DNA of 64,000 nucleotides from positions 7,253-71,252 of the forward strand of contig CAMWNM010000005.1 in assembly GCA_947175635.1 (NCBI GenBank). Reading direction: 5' to 3'. The position numbers were made by a program, and so were the translations under genes. How positions within the stretch are numbered: position 1 is the first letter of the stretch; every line of letters starts with the position of its first letter. The stretch is from an uncultured Bacteroidales bacterium (GTDB lineage Bacteria; Bacteroidota; Bacteroidia; Bacteroidales; P3). Positions 1 through 9,022 of this stretch are shown here, one piece after another. The notes under the pieces were generated by a model. The model was not told the origin of the DNA. It searched no databases and worked only from the letters and a program-made list of their open reading frames with translations.

Positions 1-1
1 G

Positions 2-2281
2 TTTATCGTGGGCCGTCAGAAATTTGCCGAACCCTGCATTATCGATACGCTTTACTTCTTCATGGATCAGTTGAGCATCGGTTTTACGCAGAAGATAAAG
101 ATACATCTGGGGTATTACGACAAGAACCTCTTTACCGAATACGGGGATTGGATGGCCATCGACTCGCTTACCGAAGTATTTGCCGGCTCCCTGCGTTTCG
201 AGAAAGGCGCGGAAGTACTCAGGATTCCGGTGAAACCTTTCTACTACGATCAGAGCAGGAACTTGTTGGTGAGCATCATCAAGGGACGTCAGTCGGCCCG
301 TCTGGACGCCAACTTTATCAGTAATTCCGTGTACGAATACTATCCGCAAATCCACGATTACCATCTGGAGAGCATGGAAGACTACTACGATTTGCACGGA
401 AAGCCGGTGATGCAGAAAGGGCTGGCGCTGGAACCCCTCCTGGTGGTGAACCGTCAGCAGAGCCTCAACACGATAAAAGGGCATATAACCTTATCGGTGT
501 CGGGCGAAGCGGTGGAAGGCGCCAAAATTGAAATCTCGAAAGTGGAAGACACCGAAGGCATGGAATTTTCCCAGACCCTTTACAGCGACCGAAACGGTGA
601 TTTCTCCTTTGCGTATTTCCCCAAAAACCGCTACATGATACGTATTTCGTTTGCAGGTATGCGGGATTTTGAAAAAGAAGTGACGCTTTCCGGCGACCAG
701 GTGGAAGACCTTCAGGTGGAACTGCAGGGGGCGGTAAAGGTAAATCTGAACGGCAGTGTGCGCAATCGTCTGGATGAGCCCGTTGCCGATGCCCTCGTGA
801 AGCTTCTGGATACCGAGGTGCCTGAAGTGCGGACCGATGCCGAGGGCACTTTCGTGTTCCCCGATATTTACGGTTCCACCCGTTACAACGTGTCTGTTTA
901 TCATGATCTTTATCAACCAAGCCAGATTCAGGTAAGGGTAGGAGAGGAGCCGGAAAGCAGGATGGAGACGGTGGGTTTGGTTTGGTTTCCATTCCCGGCC
1001 CGTCATGTAACGGCTTCCGAGGTCGAAGACGGCAGCATGGCCATTACTTGGGAAAATCCTTTGCAGAGTGTACGTTCGGTAGAACGCAAATATCATGGCC
1101 AGCGCAAAAGTTCGATTTGTTCCAGTTACGAAATAACGGGGGCTATCCGGTTCGGCAAGGAGCAGCTGAAGGAATGGGTTGACGCCCAGCCTGATCTTGG
1201 AATCAACGCCATCGCTTTCCAGGCTACCGATACCACCGCGGACTACGACCTGCGTATCTTCTCTGCCGATTGGGAGAACCCGGCCTATGTGCAGCATGTG
1301 GGGCATCTGCCTTTGGCGCATCATCGTATCTTCCTGGATGAGCCCTTCAAGATAGATACCACGCACGATATGTTGGTGGCCCTTCATGTTCCCGGCGGTT
1401 ACAGAGGTTGTCCGCTTGGCAACGATGCCGGCCCGCAATTGAACGACGGGGCGATGATTAATCAGGGAGACGGTTGGCGTTATATGTCGGACTACATGAA
1501 CGGTGCCGACGGTTCCAATTGGATTCTGAGCGCCTGGTTCGGTGAAGTGCGGCAAGCCGAAGCGCCGGAAGGATATCGCCTGTATCGCGCCAAAACGGAT
1601 CCTTTCAGCCTGAACCATTGGGAGGAATTGGGCCGGGTGGACGCTTCTGCGCGTTCGTTTACCGATAAGGATTGGTCCGGACTTCCGTTTGGCGACTACA
1701 ACTACGCGGTTCGTGCCGACTGGATGGATGACAACCTGAGTCAGGAAAAAATCGACAAGAAGAGCAAGGACATGTATTTCAACGTAACTGTCCGCATCGA
1801 AGATCCGAAACGGGTTTTGCCGGCGGGAACCGAAGTGAGGTTGCGCAGTGAAGACAGGATCGATGACCACAGACTGGAATTGGATGGGGTGCATTATGAT
1901 TTTGCCTTTGAGAATTTCCGTAGAAACACCTATAACGCCACGATTACCGGAAGCGAATACGCCTTTGAATCGACTGTATTCTCGGTGGCTTCCGATACGT
2001 TGATTGTGCTGACAGTGGATTTGCTGGCCAACGGGGAAGAGGGAGGCGCGGTCTTGAACGTGTATCCGAATCCTTCTGCCGACGGCCGTTTCACGCTCCA
2101 TGCCACGTTGGGCGAAAACAGCCGTTACGAGGTGTTTTCCGTTGACGGTCGTTTGATCAAGAGCGGTGTTTTGGCGGCAGAAAGTGCCATGCTTGATCTT
2201 TCTGCCTGTGTTTCGGGTGTTTATATGCTCAAAGTGCATGGCAAAACGGCTTCTTGCCTGAAGAAGCTGGTGATCCGTTAG
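2..2281 (+). CDS. Secreted protein with T9SS (Por) C-terminal sorting domain; 5' end probably runs off the window
   Basis: The frame is open back to base 2 and there is no N-terminal signal peptide, so the GTG at 8 is probably internal. The last ~75 aa (NVYPNPSADGRFTLHA...GVYMLKVHG...KKLVIR) fit the T9SS type-A CTD pattern. The mid-region has carboxypeptidase-regulatory-like beta-sandwich segments (ITLSVSGEAVEGAKIEI..., NGSVRNRLDEPVADALVKLL...). Confidence 0.7.
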   Translation, partial: FIVGRQKFAEPCIIDTLYFFMDQLSIGFTQKIKIHLGYYDKNLFTEYGDWMAIDSLTEVFAGSLRFEKGAEVLRIPVKPFYYDQSRNLLVSIIKGRQSARLDANFISNSVYEYYPQIHDYHLESMEDYYDLHGKPVMQKGLALEPLLVVNRQQSLNTIKGHITLSVSGEAVEGAKIEISKVEDTEGMEFSQTLYSDRNGDFSFAYFPKNRYMIRISFAGMRDFEKEVTLSGDQVEDLQVELQGAVKVNLNGSVRNRLDEPVADALVKLLDTEVPEVRTDAEGTFVFPDIYGSTRYNVSVYHDLYQPSQIQVRVGEEPESRMETVGLVWFPFPARHVTASEVEDGSMAITWENPLQSVRSVERKYHGQRKSSICSSYEITGAIRFGKEQLKEWVDAQPDLGINAIAFQATDTTADYDLRIFSADWENPAYVQHVGHLPLAHHRIFLDEPFKIDTTHDMLVALHVPGGYRGCPLGNDAGPQLNDGAMINQGDGWRYMSDYMNGADGSNWILSAWFGEVRQAEAPEGYRLYRAKTDPFSLNHWEELGRVDASARSFTDKDWSGLPFGDYNYAVRADWMDDNLSQEKIDKKSKDMYFNVTVRIEDPKRVLPAGTEVRLRSEDRIDDHRLELDGVHYDFAFENFRRNTYNATITGSEYAFESTVFSVASDTLIVLTVDLLANGEEGGAVLNVYPNPSADGRFTLHATLGENSRYEVFSVDGRLIKSGVLAAESAMLDLSACVSGVYMLKVHGKTASCLKKLVIR

Positions 2282-2306
2282 TTCGCGTCCAAACCGGGTG
2301 CGAAAA

Positions 2307-2346
2307 GACCGCATGGCAGGTTGTACCGCCATGCGGTCTTTTTTTT
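2307..2346 (+). terminator. Rho-independent terminator after the T9SS cargo gene
   Basis: An 11-bp perfect stem GACCGCATGGC (2307-2317) / GCCATGCGGTC (2328-2338) is followed by a run of 8 T (2339-2346). Confidence 0.8.
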
Positions 2347-2562
2347 GCTCCGGCGCCCGTTTGCTAAAATGTGTTTTTGCGGTGGTAACCGAAATAGGCC
2401 GGGTTTGGGGAGCATGGTGCTGTATGCCGTTTGGGCCATGAAGGTGTGCCCGACAGCGTTCTGCCGGTATAGCGGAACTTTGTCCGCCAATTTTTCACCA
2501 AGAAAAGTACGGTTTGGCAGTGCGGGAGGTGAAAGTATGTAAAAATGGCAGAGGTGAGGACT

Positions 2563-2578
2563 TGGCACGCTTTGTGCT
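2563..2578 (+). promoter_or_regulatory. Sigma54-like -24/-12 element upstream of groES (candidate)
   Basis: TGGCACG-CTTT-GTGCT compared with the consensus TGGCACG-N4-TTGCW. The GG/GC spacing is correct with one mismatch (G for T). It lies ~64 nt upstream of the groES ATG. Confidence 0.3.
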
Positions 2579-2641
2579 GTACCCCAATACCGCGTCCGAG
2601 ACGCAACACGGAAAGAATAAACAATTAAAATACAACAAGTC

Positions 2642-2920
2642 ATGTCTAAATTAAAAATCAGACCCTTAGCCGATCGTGTATTGGTTGAACCCTTGGAAGC
2701 CGAACAGAAAACCGCCGGTGGAATCATCATTCCCGACACGGCCAAGGAAAAGCCGCAACAGGGTGTTGTGGTTGCCGTTGGTCCCGGTAAGAAAGACGAA
2801 CCCATGACCGTTAAGGCAGGAGACAAGGTTTTGTACGGTAAGTACTCGGGTTCCGAGCTCAATGTGGGCGGAACCAACTACCTGATTATGCGCGAAAGCG
2901 ATATCTTCGCCATTCTCTAA
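2642..2920 (+). CDS. groES: Co-chaperonin GroES (Cpn10)
   Basis: 92 aa. [17 protein letters not shown]...[24 protein letters not shown] is the canonical Cpn10 pattern, and the gene is directly upstream of groEL. Confidence 0.97.
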   Translation: MSKLKIRPLADRVLVEPLEAEQKTAGGIIIPDTAKEKPQQGVVVAVGPGKKDEPMTVKAGDKVLYGKYSGSELNVGGTNYLIMRESDIFAIL

Positions 2921-2956
2921 TCCATTCATGTTTCATATTTAAACACCATTATAATC

Positions 2957-4588
2957 ATGGCAGCAAAAGAAATCCTCTTTGATCAAGAAGCTAAGAACCG
3001 TCTCAAGAAAGGCGTTGACGCCTTGTGTGATGCCGTCAAGGTAACCTTGGGCCCCAAGGGACGCAATGTAATCATAGACCGTAAGTTCGGCGCCCCCCAC
3101 GTAACCAAGGACGGCGTGAGTGTGGCCAAGGAAGTGGAGTTGAAAGACACCGTTGAGAACATGGGTGCCCAGATGGTGAAGGAAGTGGCTTCCAAAACCA
3201 ACGATCTGGCCGGTGACGGTACCACCACGGCTACCATCCTGGCGCAGTCGATTGTGCGTACGGGACTGAAGAACGTTACGGCCGGTGCCAATCCGATGGA
3301 TCTCAAGCGCGGTATCGACAAAGCTGTGGCCGAAGTGGTGGCTCAAATCAGAAAGATGAGCCGCAAGGTAGGCGACAGCATCGACAAAATCGAACAGGTC
3401 GCCACTATTTCGGCCAACAACGACAACAATATCGGTAAGTTGATAGCCGAAGCGATGAAACAGGTGAAGAAGGAAGGCGTTATCACGATTGAAGAAGCCA
3501 AGGGAACCGAAACCAGCGTGAAGGTGGTGGAAGGCATGCAGTTCGACCGTGGCTATATCTCTCCCTATTTCGTTACCGACACCGAAAAGATGGAAGCCGT
3601 CATGGACAATCCTTTCGTATTGCTCTACGACAAGAAAATTTCGGTGATGAAGGATTTCCTTCCCGTGCTCGAAAAAACGGTTCAGACCGGTCGTCCTCTG
3701 GTGGTGATTGCCGAAGATATCGACGGCGAAGCTTTGGCAACGCTGGTTGTGAACCGTCTGCGTGGCTCGCTCAAGATTGCCGCCGTAAAGGCGCCCGGCT
3801 TCGGCGACCGTAGAAAAGACATGATGGAAGACATCGCCGTATTGACCGGCGGTACCGTTATTTCGGAAGAAAAAGGACTCAAGTTGGAAGACATCGACCT
3901 CACTTTCTTGGGTCAGGCCGAAAAAATCACCATCGACAAGGAAAACACCACGATTGTGAACGGCAAGGGCAAGAAAGCCGACATCCAGGATCGGGTGAAC
4001 ATGATCAAGGCCCAGATTGAAAAGACCACCTCCGACTACGACCGTGAAAAGCTTCAGGAACGTCTGGCCAAACTGGCCGGCGGTGTGGCCGTTATCTATG
4101 TGGGTGCGGCTTCCGAAGTGGAAATGAAGGAAAAGAAAGACCGCTTCGACGATGCGTTGCACGCTACCCGTGCCGCTGTGGAAGAAGGTATCGTGCCCGG
4201 CGGTGGTGTGGCCTACCTGCGTTGTTTGGCCGCCTTGGAAAAACTCAAGGTGGACAACGATGATGAAAAAGTGGGTGTGGAAATTATCCGTCGCGCATTG
4301 GAAGAACCTTTGCGTCAGATTGTGGAAAACGCCGGTCTGGACGGTTCGGTGATTGTGGACAAGGTGAAAGCCGGTAAAGACGACTACGGCTTCAATGCCC
4401 GTACCGAAACCTACGAACATCTGTTGACCACGGGCGTTATCGATCCGGCCAAGGTTACCCGCGTGGCGTTGGAGAACGCCGCTTCGATTGCCGGTATGTT
4501 GCTCACCACCGAATGTGTGTTGGCTGAAATCAAGGAAGACAAGCCCGCCGCTCCGGCTATGCCCGGCGGTATGGACGGCATGTATTAA
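2957..4588 (+). CDS. groEL: Chaperonin GroEL (Cpn60)
   Basis: 543 aa. [16 protein letters not shown]...[10 protein letters not shown]...[13 protein letters not shown], with a Gly/Met-rich C-terminal tail ending PGGMDGMY. Confidence 0.98.
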   Translation: MAAKEILFDQEAKNRLKKGVDALCDAVKVTLGPKGRNVIIDRKFGAPHVTKDGVSVAKEVELKDTVENMGAQMVKEVASKTNDLAGDGTTTATILAQSIVRTGLKNVTAGANPMDLKRGIDKAVAEVVAQIRKMSRKVGDSIDKIEQVATISANNDNNIGKLIAEAMKQVKKEGVITIEEAKGTETSVKVVEGMQFDRGYISPYFVTDTEKMEAVMDNPFVLLYDKKISVMKDFLPVLEKTVQTGRPLVVIAEDIDGEALATLVVNRLRGSLKIAAVKAPGFGDRRKDMMEDIAVLTGGTVISEEKGLKLEDIDLTFLGQAEKITIDKENTTIVNGKGKKADIQDRVNMIKAQIEKTTSDYDREKLQERLAKLAGGVAVIYVGAASEVEMKEKKDRFDDALHATRAAVEEGIVPGGGVAYLRCLAALEKLKVDNDDEKVGVEIIRRALEEPLRQIVENAGLDGSVIVDKVKAGKDDYGFNARTETYEHLLTTGVIDPAKVTRVALENAASIAGMLLTTECVLAEIKEDKPAAPAMPGGMDGMY

Positions 4589-4608
4589 CAGATACCTTTC
4601 CTTGACAC

Positions 4609-4658
4609 GAGCCGAAAGTCGGCCGGTATGTTCCGGCGGGCTTTCGGCTCTTTTTTTT
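4609..4658 (+). terminator. Rho-independent terminator after groEL
   Basis: Outer stem GAGCCGAAAG (4609-4618) / CTTTCGGCTC (4641-4650) with an inner GCCGG/CCGGC pairing, followed by 8 T (4651-4658). Confidence 0.8.
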
Positions 4659-4755
4659 CGGCCGGGTTGTTGACTATGCTTTGTTGGTATAAATTCGGAA
4701 GGCTTGTGTTTTATCGTGTGTTTTGTTGTACCTTTACAAAGATAAATGCCTGTTT

Positions 4756-5331
4756 ATGGAGGGTAAGTTCAAACATTGGTGCTGGCAACGGAGGTTGCGC
4801 AAGGTGTTGCGTAGAAATACCGTGCACCGCGACCCAGTAGGCTTCGGCAAGGCTTATACCATCGGTATTTACGATACCTATCGTTCCGAAGAGGAGTGGA
4901 ACGAACTGAGGGTTTTTGCCCGGCAGTTGGCGGAGCGGAACAAGAAAGTGAAGGTGTTTGTTTTCTTTCAAGGAAAGACCATGCCCGAACTCAAGGCCGA
5001 CAATTTTACGTTGGTGGTGGCCGATCGTAAGGAATTTGACCGGCTGTGGTTTCCTCAACGGGAAATAAATGCGGCGGTGGAAGACTTTTTGGATACCGAA
5101 TACGACCTTCTGCTGGATTTCAGCCCCGAATTCCACTATGTCGATGTATCTGTGATGGCAACCTGTGTTTCGCGTATGAATGTGGGCAAATACGGAGAGT
5201 GGAACGTGAAGGTGAACGATGTAAGTTTGGAACCGGACGGTCGCGCGCCTACTTATGCAAGGGGATTTATCAAGGTATTGGAACGTTATCTTCCTTTGTT
5301 CGACAAGGAAGAGAGTTCCCCTGGACGTTGA
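4756..5331 (+). CDS. Hypothetical protein (conserved-looking, no motif I can name)
   Basis: An open frame with the same codon style as its neighbours, lying between the groEL terminator and dapA. The start is ambiguous (ATG at 4723 or 4756). I prefer 4756 because a TAccTTTA box, close to the Bacteroidota -7 motif, lies just upstream of it. Confidence 0.5.
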   Translation: MEGKFKHWCWQRRLRKVLRRNTVHRDPVGFGKAYTIGIYDTYRSEEEWNELRVFARQLAERNKKVKVFVFFQGKTMPELKADNFTLVVADRKEFDRLWFPQREINAAVEDFLDTEYDLLLDFSPEFHYVDVSVMATCVSRMNVGKYGEWNVKVNDVSLEPDGRAPTYARGFIKVLERYLPLFDKEESSPGR

Positions 5332-5350
5332 TCGAAAATTCACATAAAAA

Positions 5351-6235
5351 ATGACTGGCAAGAAACTGGGCGGGGTGGGAACGGCTTTGGTTACGCCTTT
5401 TGACAAAGACGGGCGTATCGATTTTTCCGCTCTTGAGAAAATAACGGACTACAGCATAAACAACGGTGTGGACTTTTTGGTGGTATTGGGTACCACCGGG
5501 GAAAGCCCCACCTTGGATGAGGCCGAGAAGCATGATGTATGCCGTGCGGTGGTGGAATACGCCAAAGGCAGGGTACCTTTGGTGATGGGAATGGGCGGAA
5601 ACGATACCGCAGGTCTGCTCAAGACATTGCGGAAAACCGATTTTTCGGGTTATTCCTATATCCTTTCCGTTGCCCCATGCTACAACAAGCCGGGGCAGAG
5701 AGGGCTTTACGCACATTTTAAGGCCGTGGCCGAACATTCGCCCCTGCCGGTAATCGTGTATAACATACCTTCGCGTTGCGGTGCCAATATAGAACCGGAA
5801 ACTATCGTGAAATTGGCGGGTCATGTGCCCAACATCAAAGCGGTGAAAGAAGCTTCGGGGCAGATGGGAAAGATAGGGGAGATTTTGCGCGACAGACCGG
5901 AGGATTTTTCGGTATTCTCGGGCGATGATTCGCTTACCTTGCCTTTGGTGGCGATGGGGGCCGACGGGGTTATCAGCACGGCGGCGAACCTTATCCCGGG
6001 GGAAATGAAGTTCATTGTGGAAAGCGTGAAGAAAGGCAGACTTTCCGAAGCGCAGGCGGTGAACGGGCGAATCATGAATCTGCTCAAACTGTTGTTTGAA
6101 CAAGGCAATCCACCTGGCATCAAGGCAGCCCTGCATATCAAGGGCTTTTGCGAAAACTCCCTGCGGTTGCCGTTGACTGCGGTAACGAGGAATCTTTACG
6201 CCCGAATGGAAGAAGAACTTAGAAAAGCGTTCTGA
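5351..6235 (+). CDS. dapA: 4-hydroxy-tetrahydrodipicolinate synthase
   Basis: 294 aa. GVGTALVTPF...DFLVVLGTTGESPTL...IKAVKEASG (active-site Lys region), typical of the DapA/DHDPS family. Confidence 0.93.
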   Translation: MTGKKLGGVGTALVTPFDKDGRIDFSALEKITDYSINNGVDFLVVLGTTGESPTLDEAEKHDVCRAVVEYAKGRVPLVMGMGGNDTAGLLKTLRKTDFSGYSYILSVAPCYNKPGQRGLYAHFKAVAEHSPLPVIVYNIPSRCGANIEPETIVKLAGHVPNIKAVKEASGQMGKIGEILRDRPEDFSVFSGDDSLTLPLVAMGADGVISTAANLIPGEMKFIVESVKKGRLSEAQAVNGRIMNLLKLLFEQGNPPGIKAALHIKGFCENSLRLPLTAVTRNLYARMEEELRKAF

Positions 6236-6312
6236 CCCTTTGCGTTAAGCCGAAGGCAGGCAAATGTTCAAAACGTTTTCTCCCCCTTCGGGATAGGGAT
6301 GTTTGCTTAGAG

Positions 6313-6342
6313 AAAAGGCGCGGCATTCGCCGCGCCTTTTTT
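6313..6342. terminator. Bidirectional terminator between convergent dapA and menA
   Basis: Stem GGCGCGGC (6317-6324) / GCCGCGCC (6329-6336), loop ATTC, flanked by AAAA on one side and TTTTTT on the other. Confidence 0.8.
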
Positions 6343-6366
6343 AACAATAAGTAAAACGCCAGATCA

Positions 6367-7431
6367 TTATTTATTGTCTGTAGGATCCGTAACCTCAACG
6401 ACAACGCCGGTTGCAGCATAAGACACCTTTTTGTAAATACCTAAAACGGTTGAGATGTGTTGCTTTACATAGATATCTACAATGGTTCGCGCTTCTGTAA
6501 GGTTGGCGGATTTGAACATATCTTCCACTGTATTTTTAGTTTGTGTGTTTTGTGGCCTGCAGAGAATGAAGACAACCAGCAACGACAGGGTGAAAAAAAG
6601 CAGGTTGAAGGCGGTTCTCCCCAAAAGCGGATTGAGCGAGGCACCCCGCCGATGAATGAGTTTGCGCCATGTCGCCGTATGCAAGACCAGATAAATAAGA
6701 GGAACGGACAATGCCTCCCAGGGCAGATTCGTCCATAGAGGCGTCATCAGCAACATCGCGCCAATGCCCGAAATCAGATAGGCAGTGCTCATTATCGGAC
6801 GTCCGAAAATCACCACGGTGGTATGTTTGCCTGCCGCCGCATCATCTTCCATATCACGATAATTGTTCACGATAAGGACATTGGCCGCCAGCAATCCTAT
6901 CGAGACCGAGACCGTCAGCAATATCGGCATGCGGATCCATTCTTCTGTCTGGAGATAACAGGTGAGCGTTACCGGAACAATTCCGAAGAAAACCACCACC
7001 GCCAAGTCTCCAAGCCCGTGATGGGACAGGGGATAGGGCCCCGTGCTGTAGGCCAAGGCGAAGAGCAGTATGGCCACGCCTATGGGAATAAGCCATAAAC
7101 TGCCGTATATCAGCAAGGCGCATCCCAAGACCGCCGCTATGCCCAACATGATGAAAGTGGCGCGCCTCATGGCCTGGGGACGGATGTCTCCCTCGGTGAC
7201 GCCACGTCTGAATCCCGCGCGCCCCTTGCGGTCAAGCCCGTTCTTGAAGTCGTAATATTCGTTGCCGAAATTTGCGGCAATCTGTGCCGAAAGGGCAAAA
7301 AGCAGGCACAATAAAGCCGGTATCGTTGAAAATTTCCCTTGCCACACGGCACAGCCGCAACCTGCAACCACACCGGCCGCACTTACCGGAAGCGTGCGCA
7401 GGCGCATGGCCTCAACCCATTTGTTCCGCAT
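6367..7431 (-). CDS. menA: 1,4-dihydroxy-2-naphthoate polyprenyltransferase (UbiA family) with an extra hydrophilic C-terminal tail
   Basis: A multi-TM protein with the Asp-rich motifs NEYYDFKNGLD and NNYRDMEDD. It is adjacent to ubiE/menG. The last ~60 aa are non-membrane and AT-rich (see finding). Confidence 0.85.
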   Translation of the reverse strand: MRNKWVEAMRLRTLPVSAAGVVAGCGCAVWQGKFSTIPALLCLLFALSAQIAANFGNEYYDFKNGLDRKGRAGFRRGVTEGDIRPQAMRRATFIMLGIAAVLGCALLIYGSLWLIPIGVAILLFALAYSTGPYPLSHHGLGDLAVVVFFGIVPVTLTCYLQTEEWIRMPILLTVSVSIGLLAANVLIVNNYRDMEDDAAAGKHTTVVIFGRPIMSTAYLISGIGAMLLMTPLWTNLPWEALSVPLIYLVLHTATWRKLIHRRGASLNPLLGRTAFNLLFFTLSLLVVFILCRPQNTQTKNTVEDMFKSANLTEARTIVDIYVKQHISTVLGIYKKVSYAATGVVVEVTDPTDNK

Positions 7432-7443
7432 GGTTCCACTCCT

Positions 7444-8139
7444 TTATTTTTCTCCTACATACATGCGGCATACACCGAAAGTCAGCGCCTGTTGCCGCAC
7501 ATTTCTGAAACCGGCTTCCCGCATCATGCGCATGAAAATATCGGGTGCCGGAAATGCGATCACGGAAGCCGGGAGATAGCGGTAGGCGCGGTGATCGCCC
7601 GACACCCATCCGCCGATTACCGGAAGGATGTGCAAGGCATACAGTTTGTAGCACCGACGCACCATGCTGTTTGAAGGCACCGACAGTTCCAGGATCACCA
7701 ACCTGCCACCCGCTTTCAAGACCCGGAACATCTCCGCAAGGCCTCGGTCAGGATGTTCGAAATTGCGGATGCCGAATCCTATCGATACACGTTCAAAAGA
7801 AAGGTCTTCATACGGAAGCGCCTCGCCGTCGCCGTATTCTAAAACCGCCTCAAGTCCGGCGCTTTCAATTTTGGCGCGCCCGGCTTTCATCATTTCCTCC
7901 GACAGGTCGATTCCGACAACCCTGCTCCCGTATGCCGCGTGCCTGGCAATGTCTATGGTGAAGTCGCCCGTGCCGCACGCTACATCAAGTACCGACAAGG
8001 GTTTTGAGATATCCGTTATCTCCCGCACCGCCTTCCGGCGCCATCCTTTGTCCATTCCGAAAGACAATAGATGGTTCAGCCTGTCGTAGGCAGGGGCTAT
8101 GTTGTCGAACAGATTCCTTATCTTTTCTTTTTTCCGCAT
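7444..8139 (-). CDS. ubiE: Demethylmenaquinone methyltransferase
   Basis: 231 aa. NIAPAYDRLNHLLSFGMDKGWRRKA plus the SAM-binding motif VLDVACGTGD. It lies upstream of menA on the same strand. Confidence 0.9.
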   Translation of the reverse strand: MRKKEKIRNLFDNIAPAYDRLNHLLSFGMDKGWRRKAVREITDISKPLSVLDVACGTGDFTIDIARHAAYGSRVVGIDLSEEMMKAGRAKIESAGLEAVLEYGDGEALPYEDLSFERVSIGFGIRNFEHPDRGLAEMFRVLKAGGRLVILELSVPSNSMVRRCYKLYALHILPVIGGWVSGDHRAYRYLPASVIAFPAPDIFMRMMREAGFRNVRQQALTFGVCRMYVGEK

Positions 8140-8297
8140 CTTTGCTGTTTTCGGGCGGCACGGTCCGGTACCTTTTCAATCCGTCTGAGGCGTAAGGAAA
8201 TTCCGATACGGATTACCTCACGCCTTTGCAAAGATAACGATGTCTTCTTTTTTCGGCGGTAGAGAAGGGCGGGAAACGGCCATGGGAACGAGGAAAG

Positions 8298-8942
8298 TTA
8301 ACGCTTCAGGCTCAGGTAGTTTTCGTTGTTCACGGTTATTTGAATGATTCCGTAGTCTTTGTTATAGAAAAGCACAACAGGGACATCGTTTTTTATCGTT
8401 TGTGTCATTTCAACCACATCCTGGTAAATGTAACTGTTGATTTCTATGGTCTCATGGAAAGAAGACGATTCTACTATATATGCGCCTTTGTCGCTGATTT
8501 TGAACCCTACTGACATATACTCGTTCCAAGTGGAATACGCGATGTTCATTCCTATATTCAATAAACAGTAATCATCGTCCCACGTAAGCGAGGGATCGTT
8601 TGCCCAAGAAACATAAAAGGTCATCTGGAATTGGATTGAAAGATTGCTGGAATCGGCGCTTAATTCGATGGTCTCCGATTCGTACCGGATGTAGTCGGCC
8701 GGACAAAAGCTATCGTCCCATGCATCTTCTTGCGTCCACCATTTATTCCTTTTTGTTACCAGTAGGTCAACCGTATTCCCTTGTTGATCGGAGAAACTGT
8801 AGATGCCGTCCTGCCGGTAGGGCGGAAATAGCTTCTCCTGGGCTTTCGTGAATCGAAGACGCGCCACTTCTTTAGGCGAGCAGCACGAAGAGAATAATAC
8901 TGCTGAAACTATCAGAATAATCCAATGTGCCGTTCTCATCAT
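8298..8942 (-). CDS. Orphan lipoprotein, low G+C
   Basis: Signal peptide with lipobox MMRTAHWIILIVSAVLFSSC. The coding region is visibly AT-rich (22/60 G+C at 8401-8460). I recognise no domain. Confidence 0.6.
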   Translation of the reverse strand: MMRTAHWIILIVSAVLFSSCCSPKEVARLRFTKAQEKLFPPYRQDGIYSFSDQQGNTVDLLVTKRNKWWTQEDAWDDSFCPADYIRYESETIELSADSSNLSIQFQMTFYVSWANDPSLTWDDDYCLLNIGMNIAYSTWNEYMSVGFKISDKGAYIVESSSFHETIEINSYIYQDVVEMTQTIKNDVPVVLFYNKDYGIIQITVNNENYLSLKR

Positions 8943-9022
8943 GATGTTCTAAATTGTCATGGCCCCCTTCCGTACATAACAATCCTGGAGCCTAAGTAAA
9001 TCGTTTTCGGTGAATAGGCCGC

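Noticed and set aside
2282-2641. CIRCE (TTAGCACTC-N9-GAGTGCTAA) heat-shock operator upstream of groES.
   Set aside because: No match to either half-site is visible in the 360-bp upstream region.
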